Sequence record: MZ436830.1
Length of the DNA stretch: 64,000 nt
Direction: 5' to 3' (one strand)
Source of the DNA: Escherichia phage JK1
The position numbers and the translations under genes are program-made. Position 1 is the stretch's first letter; every line of letters begins with the position of its first letter. Of the stretch, positions 30,542-41,914 are shown piece after piece. A model generated the notes under the pieces. The model made no database searches and was not told where the DNA came from. It was given only the letters and a program-made list of their open reading frames with translations.

Positions 30542-30891
30542 TTAGAAAGGTCCTGGATGTCTTCTGCGAACTTGTTGAAGGAGTTGTTGATTTGTTTTTC
30601 AACCAATCCTGGCTTATGAGCCACCACATCCGCCTTCTTTGCGTCTTTGCGCAGTTTTTCATTTTCACGCTCAATAGCAGCAATTGCCTCACGATTTTTA
30701 TTATTCATCGCATCAATATAATTATACTGAATTCGCAAATTATTTAATGCTAAGGCGTTTTCATTGGCCGTTTTTGTAATTTCAGTAACCGATGTTTCTA
30801 ATCTTTCTACCTTATTTTTTAAAATAATAGATGTTCCGCCAAATACTATTACAAGTAATAGCAAACCTGCTGTCGTATTACTTAATTGCAT
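30538..30891 (-). CDS. pseT.3: Inner-membrane coiled-coil protein, i-spanin candidate
   Basis: 117 aa; N-terminal TM helix LLLLVIVFGG then coiled-coil-like periplasmic region. Confidence 0.7.
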   Translation of the reverse strand: MQLSNTTAGLLLLVIVFGGTSIILKNKVERLETSVTEITKTANENALALNNLRIQYNYIDAMNNKNREAIAAIERENEKLRKDAKKADVVAHKPGLVEKQINNSFNKFAEDIQDLSK

Positions 30892-31388
30892 AAAGTTTTA
30901 ATAACCTCTATAATATCGTCTTGAGAAAGACCGTTAATTAAAATATGATGTTCCGCCGGAGATTTAGAAATTTTAAAGCATGCCGCAACATCTTCTGCCA
31001 TATCCGATGCGCTACGATTTGGATTACTAATTCCAAGACGATGTTTTCCCGTTAAAGGATTAACGATGATATAGCATTTACAGCTATTGATATGAACATT
31101 AGGTTGAGTCTGATTAATGAACACTTCACAATCATACTTAGCGAGTTGATTTTCTAAAAAGACTTTCATCTCTTCAACCGCATCAGGAAGCATATCACGG
31201 GCTTGCTCAAGACGACGATTTCGATATTCTTTAATGGTCGTTTTCCGCTTGACTTGCTTAGCTAAATCTTTCTTAAGATCGGTGATATATCCAACTCGAC
31301 GATTTCCTTTAAATACAGAAATCCCATCTGTAGTATCACCGTATGCTTCAACGACCATTTCAGTAGTAATAAGCTGCAAATCCATCAT
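30882..31388 (-). CDS. alc: Alc (inhibitor of host transcription on cytosine DNA)
   Basis: 167-168 aa; synteny between spanins and rnlA; early promoter upstream. Confidence 0.75.
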   Translation of the reverse strand: MMDLQLITTEMVVEAYGDTTDGISVFKGNRRVGYITDLKKDLAKQVKRKTTIKEYRNRRLEQARDMLPDAVEEMKVFLENQLAKYDCEVFINQTQPNVHINSCKCYIIVNPLTGKHRLGISNPNRSASDMAEDVAACFKISKSPAEHHILINGLSQDDIIEVIKTLCN

Positions 31389-31416
31389 AAAGTCCTCATG
31401 CTATGTCAGTAAGATT

Positions 31417-31446
31417 ACTATAACACAACACGAGGGACTTGTAAAC
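31417..31446 (-). promoter_or_regulatory. Early promoter upstream of alc (copy of 52-bp repeat)
   Basis: GTTTAC (31441-31446) -N18- TATAGT (31417-31422). Confidence 0.5.
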
Positions 31447-31449
31447 AGC

Positions 31450-33037
<1,588 letters not shown>

Positions 33038-33045
33038 AATAAAAT

Positions 33046-33059
33046 GGGCCTTGCGGCCC
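33046..33059 (-). other. GC hairpin between nrdB and denA (RNA structure or terminator)
   Basis: GGGCCGCAAGGCCC followed by AUUUUAUU immediately before denA ATG. Confidence 0.4.
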
Positions 33060-33064
33060 ACTCC

Positions 33065-34243
33065 TTAAAAGTATTTTTTAAAACTCATCATAACTTTATC
33101 ATCAACGTCATTATCAATCTGTGCTACAAGATAAGATGACAGTTCTACTTCTTGCGGCGCGGATTGAACATTATCAGAATTAAGATATTCACGAATCCAA
33201 GGATATGGATGTTTAACCGGAGCATCGGTAATTGGGCATGGAAGACCACACTGTTTCATACGAGATACAGTTAAGTAATCAATAAAGCTCCACATGCTAT
33301 TTGTATTTAATCCAGGAACATCGCCATCTTTAAATAAATGAACTGCCCAATCTTTTTCTTGGCGGTTAACTTCCATGAAAATATCAACTGCTTCTTGTTC
33401 ACACTCTTGAGCAATTTTAACCCATTCATCGCCATCAGTACCGGATTGAAGCTGACGAATAATATATTGAGTGCCTTTAAGGTGAAGCTGCTCATCACGT
33501 GCAATGAACTTCATAATCTTGGCATTACCTTCCATGATTTCCATGTTCTTGTGGAAGTTAAAGGTACACGCGAAAGATACATAAAAACGAATAGCTTCTA
33601 AGGCATTAATAACGTACAAACAGAGGTAAAGAGATTTCATTAAAGCACGTTTAGCTTCGGCTTCTTGTTTAATAGCTCGGTTTAAACGAAAGTCGGCATC
33701 AGGAGATTCTTTAGCTAGTTCTACAAATTCTTTAGCGTTTTCCCAATAACGAGTTTTAGTCAGAACATCATCATAATAACGTCCAATGGATTCAGCACGT
33801 TTCATAATAGCTTCATCTAATACAATCTCATCAAATACCTTCGACGGATCAGTATAAAGATTTCGCATGATATGTGTATATGAACGGCTGTGAATAGTTT
33901 CACTAAAAGTCCACGTAGCAACCCATGTATCAAGGCTCGGGTCTGAAATTAATGACATAAGTACAGCAGACGGCGCACGACCCTGAATGCTATCCAAAAG
34001 TGATTGATACTTCAGATTATTAGTAAAAATATTTTGCTGATACTGAGGAAGCTTATTAAACTGTGCAGCATCCATCATTAAGTTTACTTCTTCAGGCCGC
34101 CAGAAAAATGATAATTGCTTTTCGGTTAAATCTTCAAAAACTTTATGACGTTGAATATCATAACGCGCAATACCAAGGCCTGAACCAAAAAACATAGGTT
34201 CTTTTAAAACATCAACTGGATTTGTATTAAAAACTGTGCTCAT
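33065..34243 (-). CDS. nrdB: Ribonucleotide reductase small subunit (uninterrupted)
   Basis: 392 aa continuous ORF; ferritin-like R2 fold inferred; synteny. Confidence 0.9.
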   Translation of the reverse strand: MSTVFNTNPVDVLKEPMFFGSGLGIARYDIQRHKVFEDLTEKQLSFFWRPEEVNLMMDAAQFNKLPQYQQNIFTNNLKYQSLLDSIQGRAPSAVLMSLISDPSLDTWVATWTFSETIHSRSYTHIMRNLYTDPSKVFDEIVLDEAIMKRAESIGRYYDDVLTKTRYWENAKEFVELAKESPDADFRLNRAIKQEAEAKRALMKSLYLCLYVINALEAIRFYVSFACTFNFHKNMEIMEGNAKIMKFIARDEQLHLKGTQYIIRQLQSGTDGDEWVKIAQECEQEAVDIFMEVNRQEKDWAVHLFKDGDVPGLNTNSMWSFIDYLTVSRMKQCGLPCPITDAPVKHPYPWIREYLNSDNVQSAPQEVELSSYLVAQIDNDVDDKVMMSFKKYF

Positions 34244-34294
34244 AAATTTTCCACTTAGTTAATAGATAGTGACTCGTCCATGAGTCAAATTATA

Positions 34295-36559
34295 TCATAA
34301 TTTACAGGATGAACAATCTTCAGCTTTTGGAGTTTCTATTTCATAATCATCAGTACCAGAACCATCGCGGGTATTATGATAATAGAAATTTTTTCCGCCA
34401 AAATACCAAAAATACAAAAGGTCATCAATCATTATTGACATTGGAACCTTTCCTTTTGGAAAAATCTGCGGGTCATAATATGTATTCGCCGAAGCTGATT
34501 GACAAACCCATTTCAGCATAATAGCTACCTGCGTAAGATAAGGTTTATTACCTTTCTTAGCTAATTTCCATGTATAATCATAGAGGTCTATGTTATGCTC
34601 AATATTGGGCACGACTTGATTAAAGGAGCCCTCTTTTGATTCTTTAACAGAGACTGGTCCACGTGGAGGCTCGATACCGTTTGTACTGTTAGAAACTTGG
34701 GAAGATGACTCACATGGCATAAGTGCTGATAATGTGCTATTACGGATGCCAAAGAGCTTAAGGTCTTCCCGCAGCGACGACCAGTCACAAACGTATTTTG
34801 GAGCTGCGATTTGGTCAATCTTTTTATTGTACCAGTCGATAGGTAATTCGCCTCGAGACCAACGAGTGTCTGAATAATATTCGCAAGGTCCTTTTTCTTT
34901 GGCGAGCTTAATGGATGCTTTAATGAGTCCATACTGTAATCTCTCAAATAGTTCATGTGTTAAATCGTTAGCATCTTCATAAGAAGCAAAGTTACTTGCC
35001 AGCCAAGCTGCATAGTTAGTAACACCTACACCAAGGTTTCGACGCTTTTTAGCTTTTTCTGCTTCAGGAACTGGATATCCTTGGTAATCCAAAAGATTAT
35101 CAAGAGCACGAACTTGAACTTCTGCCAATTCATTAATTTTATCTTGGTCTTGCCAATCGAAGTTATCCAGCACAAATGCAGATAACGTGCACAATCCAAT
35201 TTCAGCATCGGGGCTATTCACATCATTTGTTGGAATAGCAATTTCACAGCACAAGTTACTCTGACGAATAGGTGCCTTTTCACGAATAAATGGAGTATAG
35301 TTATTCGTATTATCAATGAACTGTACATAAATCCTTGCTGTTCCTGAGCGTTCAGTCATGAGCAATTCAAATAGTTCACGGGCTTTAATACGCTTTTTAC
35401 GAATATTAGGATCTTTTTCTGCTGCTTCGTATAATTCACGGAAACGGTCTTGGTCTTTAAAATAAGAATAATAAAGCTCGCCACCCATTTCATGCGGACT
35501 GAACAAAGTAATGTAGTCGTTCTTTCCAAAACGTTCCATCATCAAATCATTCAGTTGAACACCATAATCCATATGACGAATGCGGTTTTCTTCTACGCCT
35601 TTGTTATTTTTCAAAACGAGAAGATTTTCAACTTCCAAATGCCAAATAGGATAATAAGCAGTAGCAGCGCCGCCACGAATTCCACCCTGTGAACATGATT
35701 TAACTGCAGTCTGAAAATGTTTCCAAAAAGGAATAACACCAGTATGACGTACTTCACCCATGCCAATCTTAGAACCTTCGGCACGAATCATACCAACGTT
35801 AATACCAATTCCAGCACGTTTGGAGATATATTCAACAATTGAAGCGGAAGCCTTATTGATAGACTTTAATGAATCACCTGCCTCAATAACAACACATGAA
35901 CTAAACTGTCGAGTCGGAGTACGACAACCAGCCATAATAGGAGTTGGTAATGAAATCTGTCGAGTAGATACTGCTTCATAAAAACGGATAACGTGTTTTA
36001 ATCTATCAACAGGTTCATCTTGATGCAGTGCCATTCCAATAGTCATAAATGCAAACTGTGGAGTTTCATAAATTTGACCAGTGGTTTTATCTTTAACTAA
36101 ATATTTTTCTTTTAATTGCATCGCCCCGGAATAAGTAAATTCCATATCCCGCTCGTGCTTAATTTTTGATTCTAAAAATGTAATTTCTTCTGCTGAATAT
36201 TTTGACAATAATTCAGGGTCATATTTACCTGCATTTACACAATAAGAAATATGGTCAATAAATGAACGTGGTTCATACTGCCCATAAACATGCTTACGAA
36301 GAGCGAACATTAAACAACGTGCAGCTACATATTGGTAATCAGGCTCTTCAACCGAAATAGAATTCGCAGCAGCCTTAATGACAATAGTCTGAATATCATC
36401 AGTTGTCATTCCATCACGGAGATAAGATTTAATATTTTCATATAATTCATAAGGATCTACTGATGTTCCCTCAGCTGCCCAAGATAAAACTTTAATAATT
36501 TTTTGTGGGTCAAAGCTCTGAGAAACACCACTACTTTTGATAACATTAATTAATTGCAT
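34295..36559 (-). CDS. nrdA: Ribonucleotide reductase large subunit
   Basis: 754 aa; class I RNR; synteny. Confidence 0.9.
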   Translation of the reverse strand: MQLINVIKSSGVSQSFDPQKIIKVLSWAAEGTSVDPYELYENIKSYLRDGMTTDDIQTIVIKAAANSISVEEPDYQYVAARCLMFALRKHVYGQYEPRSFIDHISYCVNAGKYDPELLSKYSAEEITFLESKIKHERDMEFTYSGAMQLKEKYLVKDKTTGQIYETPQFAFMTIGMALHQDEPVDRLKHVIRFYEAVSTRQISLPTPIMAGCRTPTRQFSSCVVIEAGDSLKSINKASASIVEYISKRAGIGINVGMIRAEGSKIGMGEVRHTGVIPFWKHFQTAVKSCSQGGIRGGAATAYYPIWHLEVENLLVLKNNKGVEENRIRHMDYGVQLNDLMMERFGKNDYITLFSPHEMGGELYYSYFKDQDRFRELYEAAEKDPNIRKKRIKARELFELLMTERSGTARIYVQFIDNTNNYTPFIREKAPIRQSNLCCEIAIPTNDVNSPDAEIGLCTLSAFVLDNFDWQDQDKINELAEVQVRALDNLLDYQGYPVPEAEKAKKRRNLGVGVTNYAAWLASNFASYEDANDLTHELFERLQYGLIKASIKLAKEKGPCEYYSDTRWSRGELPIDWYNKKIDQIAAPKYVCDWSSLREDLKLFGIRNSTLSALMPCESSSQVSNSTNGIEPPRGPVSVKESKEGSFNQVVPNIEHNIDLYDYTWKLAKKGNKPYLTQVAIMLKWVCQSASANTYYDPQIFPKGKVPMSIMIDDLLYFWYFGGKNFYYHNTRDGSGTDDYEIETPKAEDCSSCKL

Positions 36560-36876
36560 AAGTCCTCAACTTGAAAATCGTCTTTAAACAATCGGTTAAC
36601 TATATGAGCTATTATATCACCATGACACGGCTTTGGTTTACATGTGCATCCTAGCCTCATTCCACGTAAAGGCTCTAAATGTGCTTTAGTTATTTCTCCG
36701 GATTTAATTCGACGTATAAAATCTTTTTTGAATAATTCAATGGCAGCCTCCCGGCTGCCAGCATCTTTACCGACGTAATTTCCCCAAAATGTACCACGGT
36801 GAATATTAACATCAAAGTCGGATTTGTATTTATTCACTACCCGGCATAGACGGCCCGGTTGGTAATAATTCTTCAT
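36550..36876 (-). CDS. Hypothetical protein (108 aa)
   Basis: ORF overlapping nrdA start. Confidence 0.6.
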   Translation of the reverse strand: MKNYYQPGRLCRVVNKYKSDFDVNIHRGTFWGNYVGKDAGSREAAIELFKKDFIRRIKSGEITKAHLEPLRGMRLGCTCKPKPCHGDIIAHIVNRLFKDDFQVEDLCN

Positions 36877-37093
36877 ATTGTTTTTCCGTTAATACAGTAA
36901 TATCATAGTAACAATCGGAAGAAGTTTTAACTGTGGAAATTTTATTGTCAAAATACTCACGAGTCATTTTATGAGTATAGTATTTTTTACCATAAATGGT
37001 AATAGGCTGTTCTGGTCCTGGAACTTCTAACTCGCTTGGATTAGGAAGTGTAAAAAGAACGACACCAGAAGTATCTTTAAATCGTAAAATCAT
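36830..37093 (-). CDS. Hypothetical protein (87 aa)
   Basis: ORF. Confidence 0.55.
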   Translation of the reverse strand: MILRFKDTSGVVLFTLPNPSELEVPGPEQPITIYGKKYYTHKMTREYFDNKISTVKTSSDCYYDITVLTEKQYEELLPTGPSMPGSE

Positions 37094-37950
37094 ATTGCCA
37101 TTTTCCCTTTAATTGCTGGATGCGATTCATAATTTTCAAGGATAAAATCTTTCGGTTTCATGTATTCAGTTAACCAGTAAAGCTGTGTTTCGGTGTCACA
37201 ATTTCCAAACTCTATAGGCCAATCAATTTTAAGTTCACATAGTTCTTTAGGCTCACGACGTAAAATTTCTTTACATTGCTCAGTATGATTCATATAGATG
37301 TGAGTATTACCACCAGAAAATATCAAATCTCCTGGGATAAGATTACACATCTTAGCCACAATATGCGTCAAGGCAGCGTACGAGGCAATGTTGAATGGCA
37401 AGCCCAAGAAAACATCTACACTTCTTTGGTACCATTGTAAATCAAGATAACCATTACGCACATTAAACTGATAGAACATATGACAGGGCGGTAATGCCAT
37501 TTGATTGATTTCAGCTGGATTCCATGCTGAAACGATTTGACGTCGATCAGTTGGTAATTTTTTAATACGATCAATAGTTTCAACTAATTGATCCACACCA
37601 CCGAAATCACGCCATTGTTTACCGTATATAGGACCAAGTTCACCACTATGATATCCTAGGTCTTTAGCCTGGTTTTCATAGTTATCGTCCCAAATAGTTT
37701 TACCTTGAATAAGACTACCATGAGTGCGAAGACGTAAATCATTAACATTGGTAGAACCGGAAATAAACCATAAAAGCTCAGCAATGCATGCATTCCAGGC
37801 GAGCTTCTTAGTTGTTACTGCAGGAAAACCTTTGGTTAAATCCCATCGTAATTTAGTACCGAACAAAGCAATTGTTCCTGTGCCCGTTCGGTCATCGGTT
37901 TCATAGCCATTTTCAAAAATGTCTTTAATTAAATCTTGGTATTGTTTCAT
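37090..37950 (-). CDS. td: Thymidylate synthase (uninterrupted, no intron)
   Basis: 286 aa continuous ORF; active-site LPPCH; C-terminal ...[10 protein letters not shown]. Confidence 0.95.
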   Translation of the reverse strand: MKQYQDLIKDIFENGYETDDRTGTGTIALFGTKLRWDLTKGFPAVTTKKLAWNACIAELLWFISGSTNVNDLRLRTHGSLIQGKTIWDDNYENQAKDLGYHSGELGPIYGKQWRDFGGVDQLVETIDRIKKLPTDRRQIVSAWNPAEINQMALPPCHMFYQFNVRNGYLDLQWYQRSVDVFLGLPFNIASYAALTHIVAKMCNLIPGDLIFSGGNTHIYMNHTEQCKEILRREPKELCELKIDWPIEFGNCDTETQLYWLTEYMKPKDFILENYESHPAIKGKMAI

Positions 37951-37994
37951 TTAGTACCTTATATAAATTATAATACATTTTATGAAGCTAATAA

Positions 37995-38342
37995 TTAATA
38001 CGGTTTAGCATCAAATTTTCTCTCAATTTCAGGCGTGAAATATAATTCTTTACCGCGTTTGGAAAAGCGACCAATAATATGATAATTATTCTCATCAAAC
38101 GTAATATTACCAATATCCATAGCTTTCAACCAAATATCGATATTTCTATCCAGCTTTATGTCAAAATTCCAATACGGAGAACTATTACCGAAAATACTGC
38201 AAGCGGATTCAGTGAAACAGCTACTATAAATCTTGTCTTTAGGAACTACTAATTGATAGACACCTTTAATAAACTGAGGACCCTGCCACTTTGGCTGTTT
38301 CTCGTCTTTTTCTAACAGAATAGGGTAATAATTAAAATTCAT
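37995..38342 (-). CDS. Hypothetical protein (115 aa) between frd and td
   Basis: ORF with ATG; no recognisable motif. Confidence 0.55.
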   Translation of the reverse strand: MNFNYYPILLEKDEKQPKWQGPQFIKGVYQLVVPKDKIYSSCFTESACSIFGNSSPYWNFDIKLDRNIDIWLKAMDIGNITFDENNYHIIGRFSKRGKELYFTPEIERKFDAKPY

Positions 38343-38361
38343 ATTTCCGCCACGCGTTATT

Positions 38362-39188
<827 letters not shown>

Positions 39189-39199
39189 ATTATCTCCTA

Positions 39200-39532
39200 T
39201 TAAAAAGGATCAGGAACATATCCGCTAGCTTTAATCATTTTAATTAACGTTAACATTCCTTTGTTAACTGCTCGTGAGATTTCATCAAAAACTTCATCAC
39301 TAAAAAGTTCTAACACGCCCTTCTGAACTTTTAATTTACAGCCAACAATTTCTTCATCGCCTATAGTAAATTCATTACCACCAATTCCACCGAAAAACTT
39401 AATTACACCAGTTAACTGTCTTCCACGAGAATATGGGTCGTGTGATAAAGTAATATGAGTCACCCCGGGTACAGTTTTAAATTGGCAGCGAATATTTACT
39501 TGTGAAATTCCAGTTACATGAATGTCAGACAT
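39200..39532 (-). CDS. Hypothetical protein (110 aa)
   Basis: ORF. Confidence 0.6.
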   Translation of the reverse strand: MSDIHVTGISQVNIRCQFKTVPGVTHITLSHDPYSRGRQLTGVIKFFGGIGGNEFTIGDEEIVGCKLKVQKGVLELFSDEVFDEISRAVNKGMLTLIKMIKASGYVPDPF

Positions 39533-39542
39533 AATATTTTCC

Positions 39543-39785
39543 TCAAATAGACTTTTTCACAATTTTCCAATCAGCTTTAAACTGATCGACGTCAGAGTGA
39601 TAAATCCAAAATCCTGCGCTTTCACCGTCTTCATAAAGCGGACACCCATCACATTCATCTTCCCATCCCATGCCACGTAAAAGGTGTTCAGCTTTTTCAA
39701 CAAGTTCAGAATCTTTACCGATGATATTAAAATACCATTTACCTCTAACTTCCGAATCTTTGATGCTCTGACGTTGTAATCTCAT
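39543..39785 (-). CDS. Hypothetical protein (80 aa)
   Basis: ORF with GAGGAG RBS and early promoter. Confidence 0.6.
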   Translation of the reverse strand: MRLQRQSIKDSEVRGKWYFNIIGKDSELVEKAEHLLRGMGWEDECDGCPLYEDGESAGFWIYHSDVDQFKADWKIVKKSI

Positions 39786-39811
39786 TTTATTCTCCTCAAG
39801 TTGATAAGGCT

Positions 39812-39841
39812 ATAGTATCATTACCATAGCCCGTTGTAAAC
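39812..39841 (-). promoter_or_regulatory. Early promoter (GTTTAC-N18-TACTAT) inside inverted repeat
   Basis: -35 39836-39841, -10 39812-39817; GGCTAT/ATAGCC inverted repeat. Confidence 0.45.
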
Positions 39842-39843
39842 AA

Positions 39844-40104
39844 TTATTTTTGAATTTTATCGAGCCACTTACCAAGCTTAATCATTTCTTTAGTAGCCTT
39901 TTCCATACTTCTGAACTTGACCAATAGAGGATAGGTATCGACACCCATAACTAAACTGGTTACAAGACTGTGTTCACCCACAAGCCATAACGAATACGTT
40001 TGAATATCGAGCCCGTAATTTCTGTCTTTATGGACCCGTACACCCATCACTTCAAATTTCTCACTAGCTTTTTCTACCGCATCCAGGAAATCATCTTTAG
40101 TCAT
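39844..40104 (-). CDS. Hypothetical protein (86 aa)
   Basis: Start moved to internal ATG 40104 to avoid 41-nt overlap. Confidence 0.5.
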   Translation of the reverse strand: MTKDDFLDAVEKASEKFEVMGVRVHKDRNYGLDIQTYSLWLVGEHSLVTSLVMGVDTYPLLVKFRSMEKATKEMIKLGKWLDKIQK

Positions 40105-40105
40105 A

Positions 40106-40486
40106 TTAGGCCTTAAAAGTTTTTCGCAAAAGTTCAATGATTTCATCTACATTGTTTTCATCTACAATGCAGTGAATTTTTGTTACGCCAGAAACCTTGT
40201 CTTTGACTTCATTTTCTTCAGAAGTCGGTTCTTTATACTCACGAAAACAATGAAATTCATCTTCGCAAATTTCTAAAAGTCTATCTTTGAGGTAAAAATG
40301 CTTTCCATTTGCGCATTCAATGTGTTTTACTGCTTTATATCCATTAGCGACGGAAACTTCTTTAACTTCAAACCATCCGCCATTATCTCGAATAGCTTTA
40401 ACGATTGATGAATTAGAACGTGGGCTATAATTAATAAATGTATCAATAAGTCTTGGAACAAGTTCATACTTTTTGCCAATATACAT
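40106..40486 (-). CDS. Hypothetical protein (126 aa)
   Basis: ORF. Confidence 0.6.
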   Translation of the reverse strand: MYIGKKYELVPRLIDTFINYSPRSNSSIVKAIRDNGGWFEVKEVSVANGYKAVKHIECANGKHFYLKDRLLEICEDEFHCFREYKEPTSEENEVKDKVSGVTKIHCIVDENNVDEIIELLRKTFKA

Positions 40487-40530
40487 TATGTTTTCCTCAT
40501 TTTAACGGGGCTGTAATAGCCCCTTAATAA

Positions 40531-40761
40531 TTATTGTTCAATCAGTCCCATGTAAAATTCTGCGTCTTCAGAATCCATGCCGTCACAATACTCATTAGCC
40601 ATAAAGCGGGTGAGGTCTTCAAGAGGACCTTCAATGACAATAGAAAAATTGCAATAATTGGGATCATCGTGAATACTTGTGATACTAAGCTCAGGATAAC
40701 GATTACGAATAATTTCTTCAATATATTCAAAATCAACGATGTCAATATCAACTTTAGCCAT
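40531..40761 (-). CDS. Hypothetical acidic protein (76 aa)
   Basis: ATG 40761 with AAGAGGAAA RBS. Confidence 0.55.
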   Translation of the reverse strand: MAKVDIDIVDFEYIEEIIRNRYPELSITSIHDDPNYCNFSIVIEGPLEDLTRFMANEYCDGMDSEDAEFYMGLIEQ

Positions 40762-40804
40762 ATTATTTTCCTCTTTAATCATCAGCAGTATTGCCGATAG
40801 TTGT

Positions 40805-40834
40805 ATAGTACCACAGTCCTTGTGGTATGTAAAC
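40805..40834 (-). promoter_or_regulatory. Early promoter, member of repeated promoter-leader cassette
   Basis: GTTTAC (40829-40834) -N18- TACTAT (40805-40810) with conserved GTGGTACTATACAACTATC block. Confidence 0.5.
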
Positions 40835-40845
40835 TGTTTTGTGAA

Positions 40846-40884
40846 AAAATTTTTGAAATAAAAAAGGGGACCCTAGAGGTCCCC
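40846..40884 (-). terminator. Intrinsic terminator after gene 32
   Basis: GGGGACC-CUAGA-GGUCCCC hairpin then UUUUUUAUUU on - strand. Confidence 0.75.
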
Positions 40885-40906
40885 AATTAATTAGTAATAT
40901 AATCTA

Positions 40907-41815
40907 TTAAAGGTCATTCAAAAGGTCATCCAGGTCCGTGTCATCAGCACTAGATGAACTACCAGAGCTTGAGCTCATAAAATCATCTTCAGTTTTTGTA
41001 TTGAAGTCATCAACATTGAATGCATCCAAATCATCAGCAACTTTATCAGCTTTCTTAGCGGCAGTTGCTGCAGCACCACCCATAGCAGCAGTTCCCATAA
41101 CTTGACTGAACTTAGTGCTCAGTTCTTCAAACGATTTGAATTTATCTTTAGAAGTCATTTCAGAAAGGTCAACCATTTGTTCGAACAGTTCTTTCTGGAA
41201 AGATTCATCATCAATGTTTGGAATCGCAGATTGATTCAGGAATTTAGATTCATCGTAGTTACTAAAACCAGAAACTTGTTTAACTTTCAGTACAAAGTTA
41301 GCACCTTCCCAAGGACAAGTTACATCAACCGGAGTTTCACCCATTTCAACATCAACTGCAATCATTGCGTTGATTTTATCCCAGATTTTCTTACCGAAAC
41401 GGTATTTAAATACTTTACCTTCATTTTCTGGAGCAGCTGGGTCTTTTACTACAAGAATGTTAGCCCAGTAAGAAGTTTTACGTTTAACAAGACTGTACTC
41501 TTTATTGTCAGTGTTGTACAGATCATTTTTACTAATGTATTGACATACTGGGCAAGAATCGTAATCACCGTGGGTAGATGAACAATTTTCGATATACCAT
41601 TTACCATTTTTCTTGAAACCGTGATTTACAAGAATTGCGAATGGTGCTTGTTCATCATTTTTAGACGGAAGAAAACGAATTACTGCTTGACCGTTACCCG
41701 CATTGTCGAGTTTCAGTTTCCACTCGCCTTTATCTTCAGAAGAAAAACCACCTTTATTTCCAGCCAGTTTAGCCATTTGTGCAGCGAGTTCAGCAGTAGA
41801 TTTACGTTTAAACAT
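40907..41815 (-). CDS. 32: Single-stranded DNA-binding protein gp32
   Basis: 302 aa; acidic Ser/Asp-rich C-terminus ...[22 protein letters not shown]; leader with operator. Confidence 0.95.
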   Translation of the reverse strand: MFKRKSTAELAAQMAKLAGNKGGFSSEDKGEWKLKLDNAGNGQAVIRFLPSKNDEQAPFAILVNHGFKKNGKWYIENCSSTHGDYDSCPVCQYISKNDLYNTDNKEYSLVKRKTSYWANILVVKDPAAPENEGKVFKYRFGKKIWDKINAMIAVDVEMGETPVDVTCPWEGANFVLKVKQVSGFSNYDESKFLNQSAIPNIDDESFQKELFEQMVDLSEMTSKDKFKSFEELSTKFSQVMGTAAMGGAAATAAKKADKVADDLDAFNVDDFNTKTEDDFMSSSSGSSSSADDTDLDDLLNDL

Positions 41816-41890
41816 TTTTATTTCCTTTTTAATTTAATTAACAGTTGGTGCTATGACGATGTATGACCTCATAGCTGGTCAGTGAGATAA
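41816..41890 (-). promoter_or_regulatory. Gene 32 translational operator (pseudoknot region plus AU-rich unstructured leader)
   Basis: Leader reads ...CACUGACCAGCUAUGAGGUCAUACAUCGUCAUAGCACC...UUAAUUAAAUUAAAAAGGAAAUAAAAAUG, as remembered for the T4 gp32 autoregulatory site. Confidence 0.6.
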
Positions 41891-41891
41891 T

Positions 41892-41914
41892 TATAATCTA
41901 TTTATAATAAGCAA
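41892..41914 (-). promoter_or_regulatory. Nested middle (MotA box TTGCTTA -12- TATAAT) and late (TATAAATA) promoters for gene 32
   Basis: - strand reads ATTGCTTATTATAAATAGATTATAAT; TATAAATA at 41899-41906. Confidence 0.55.

Noticed and set aside
33065-37950. Group I introns in td and nrdB
   Set aside because: Looked for interruptions because T4 has them; both ORFs are continuous and full length, so no intron is present in these genes
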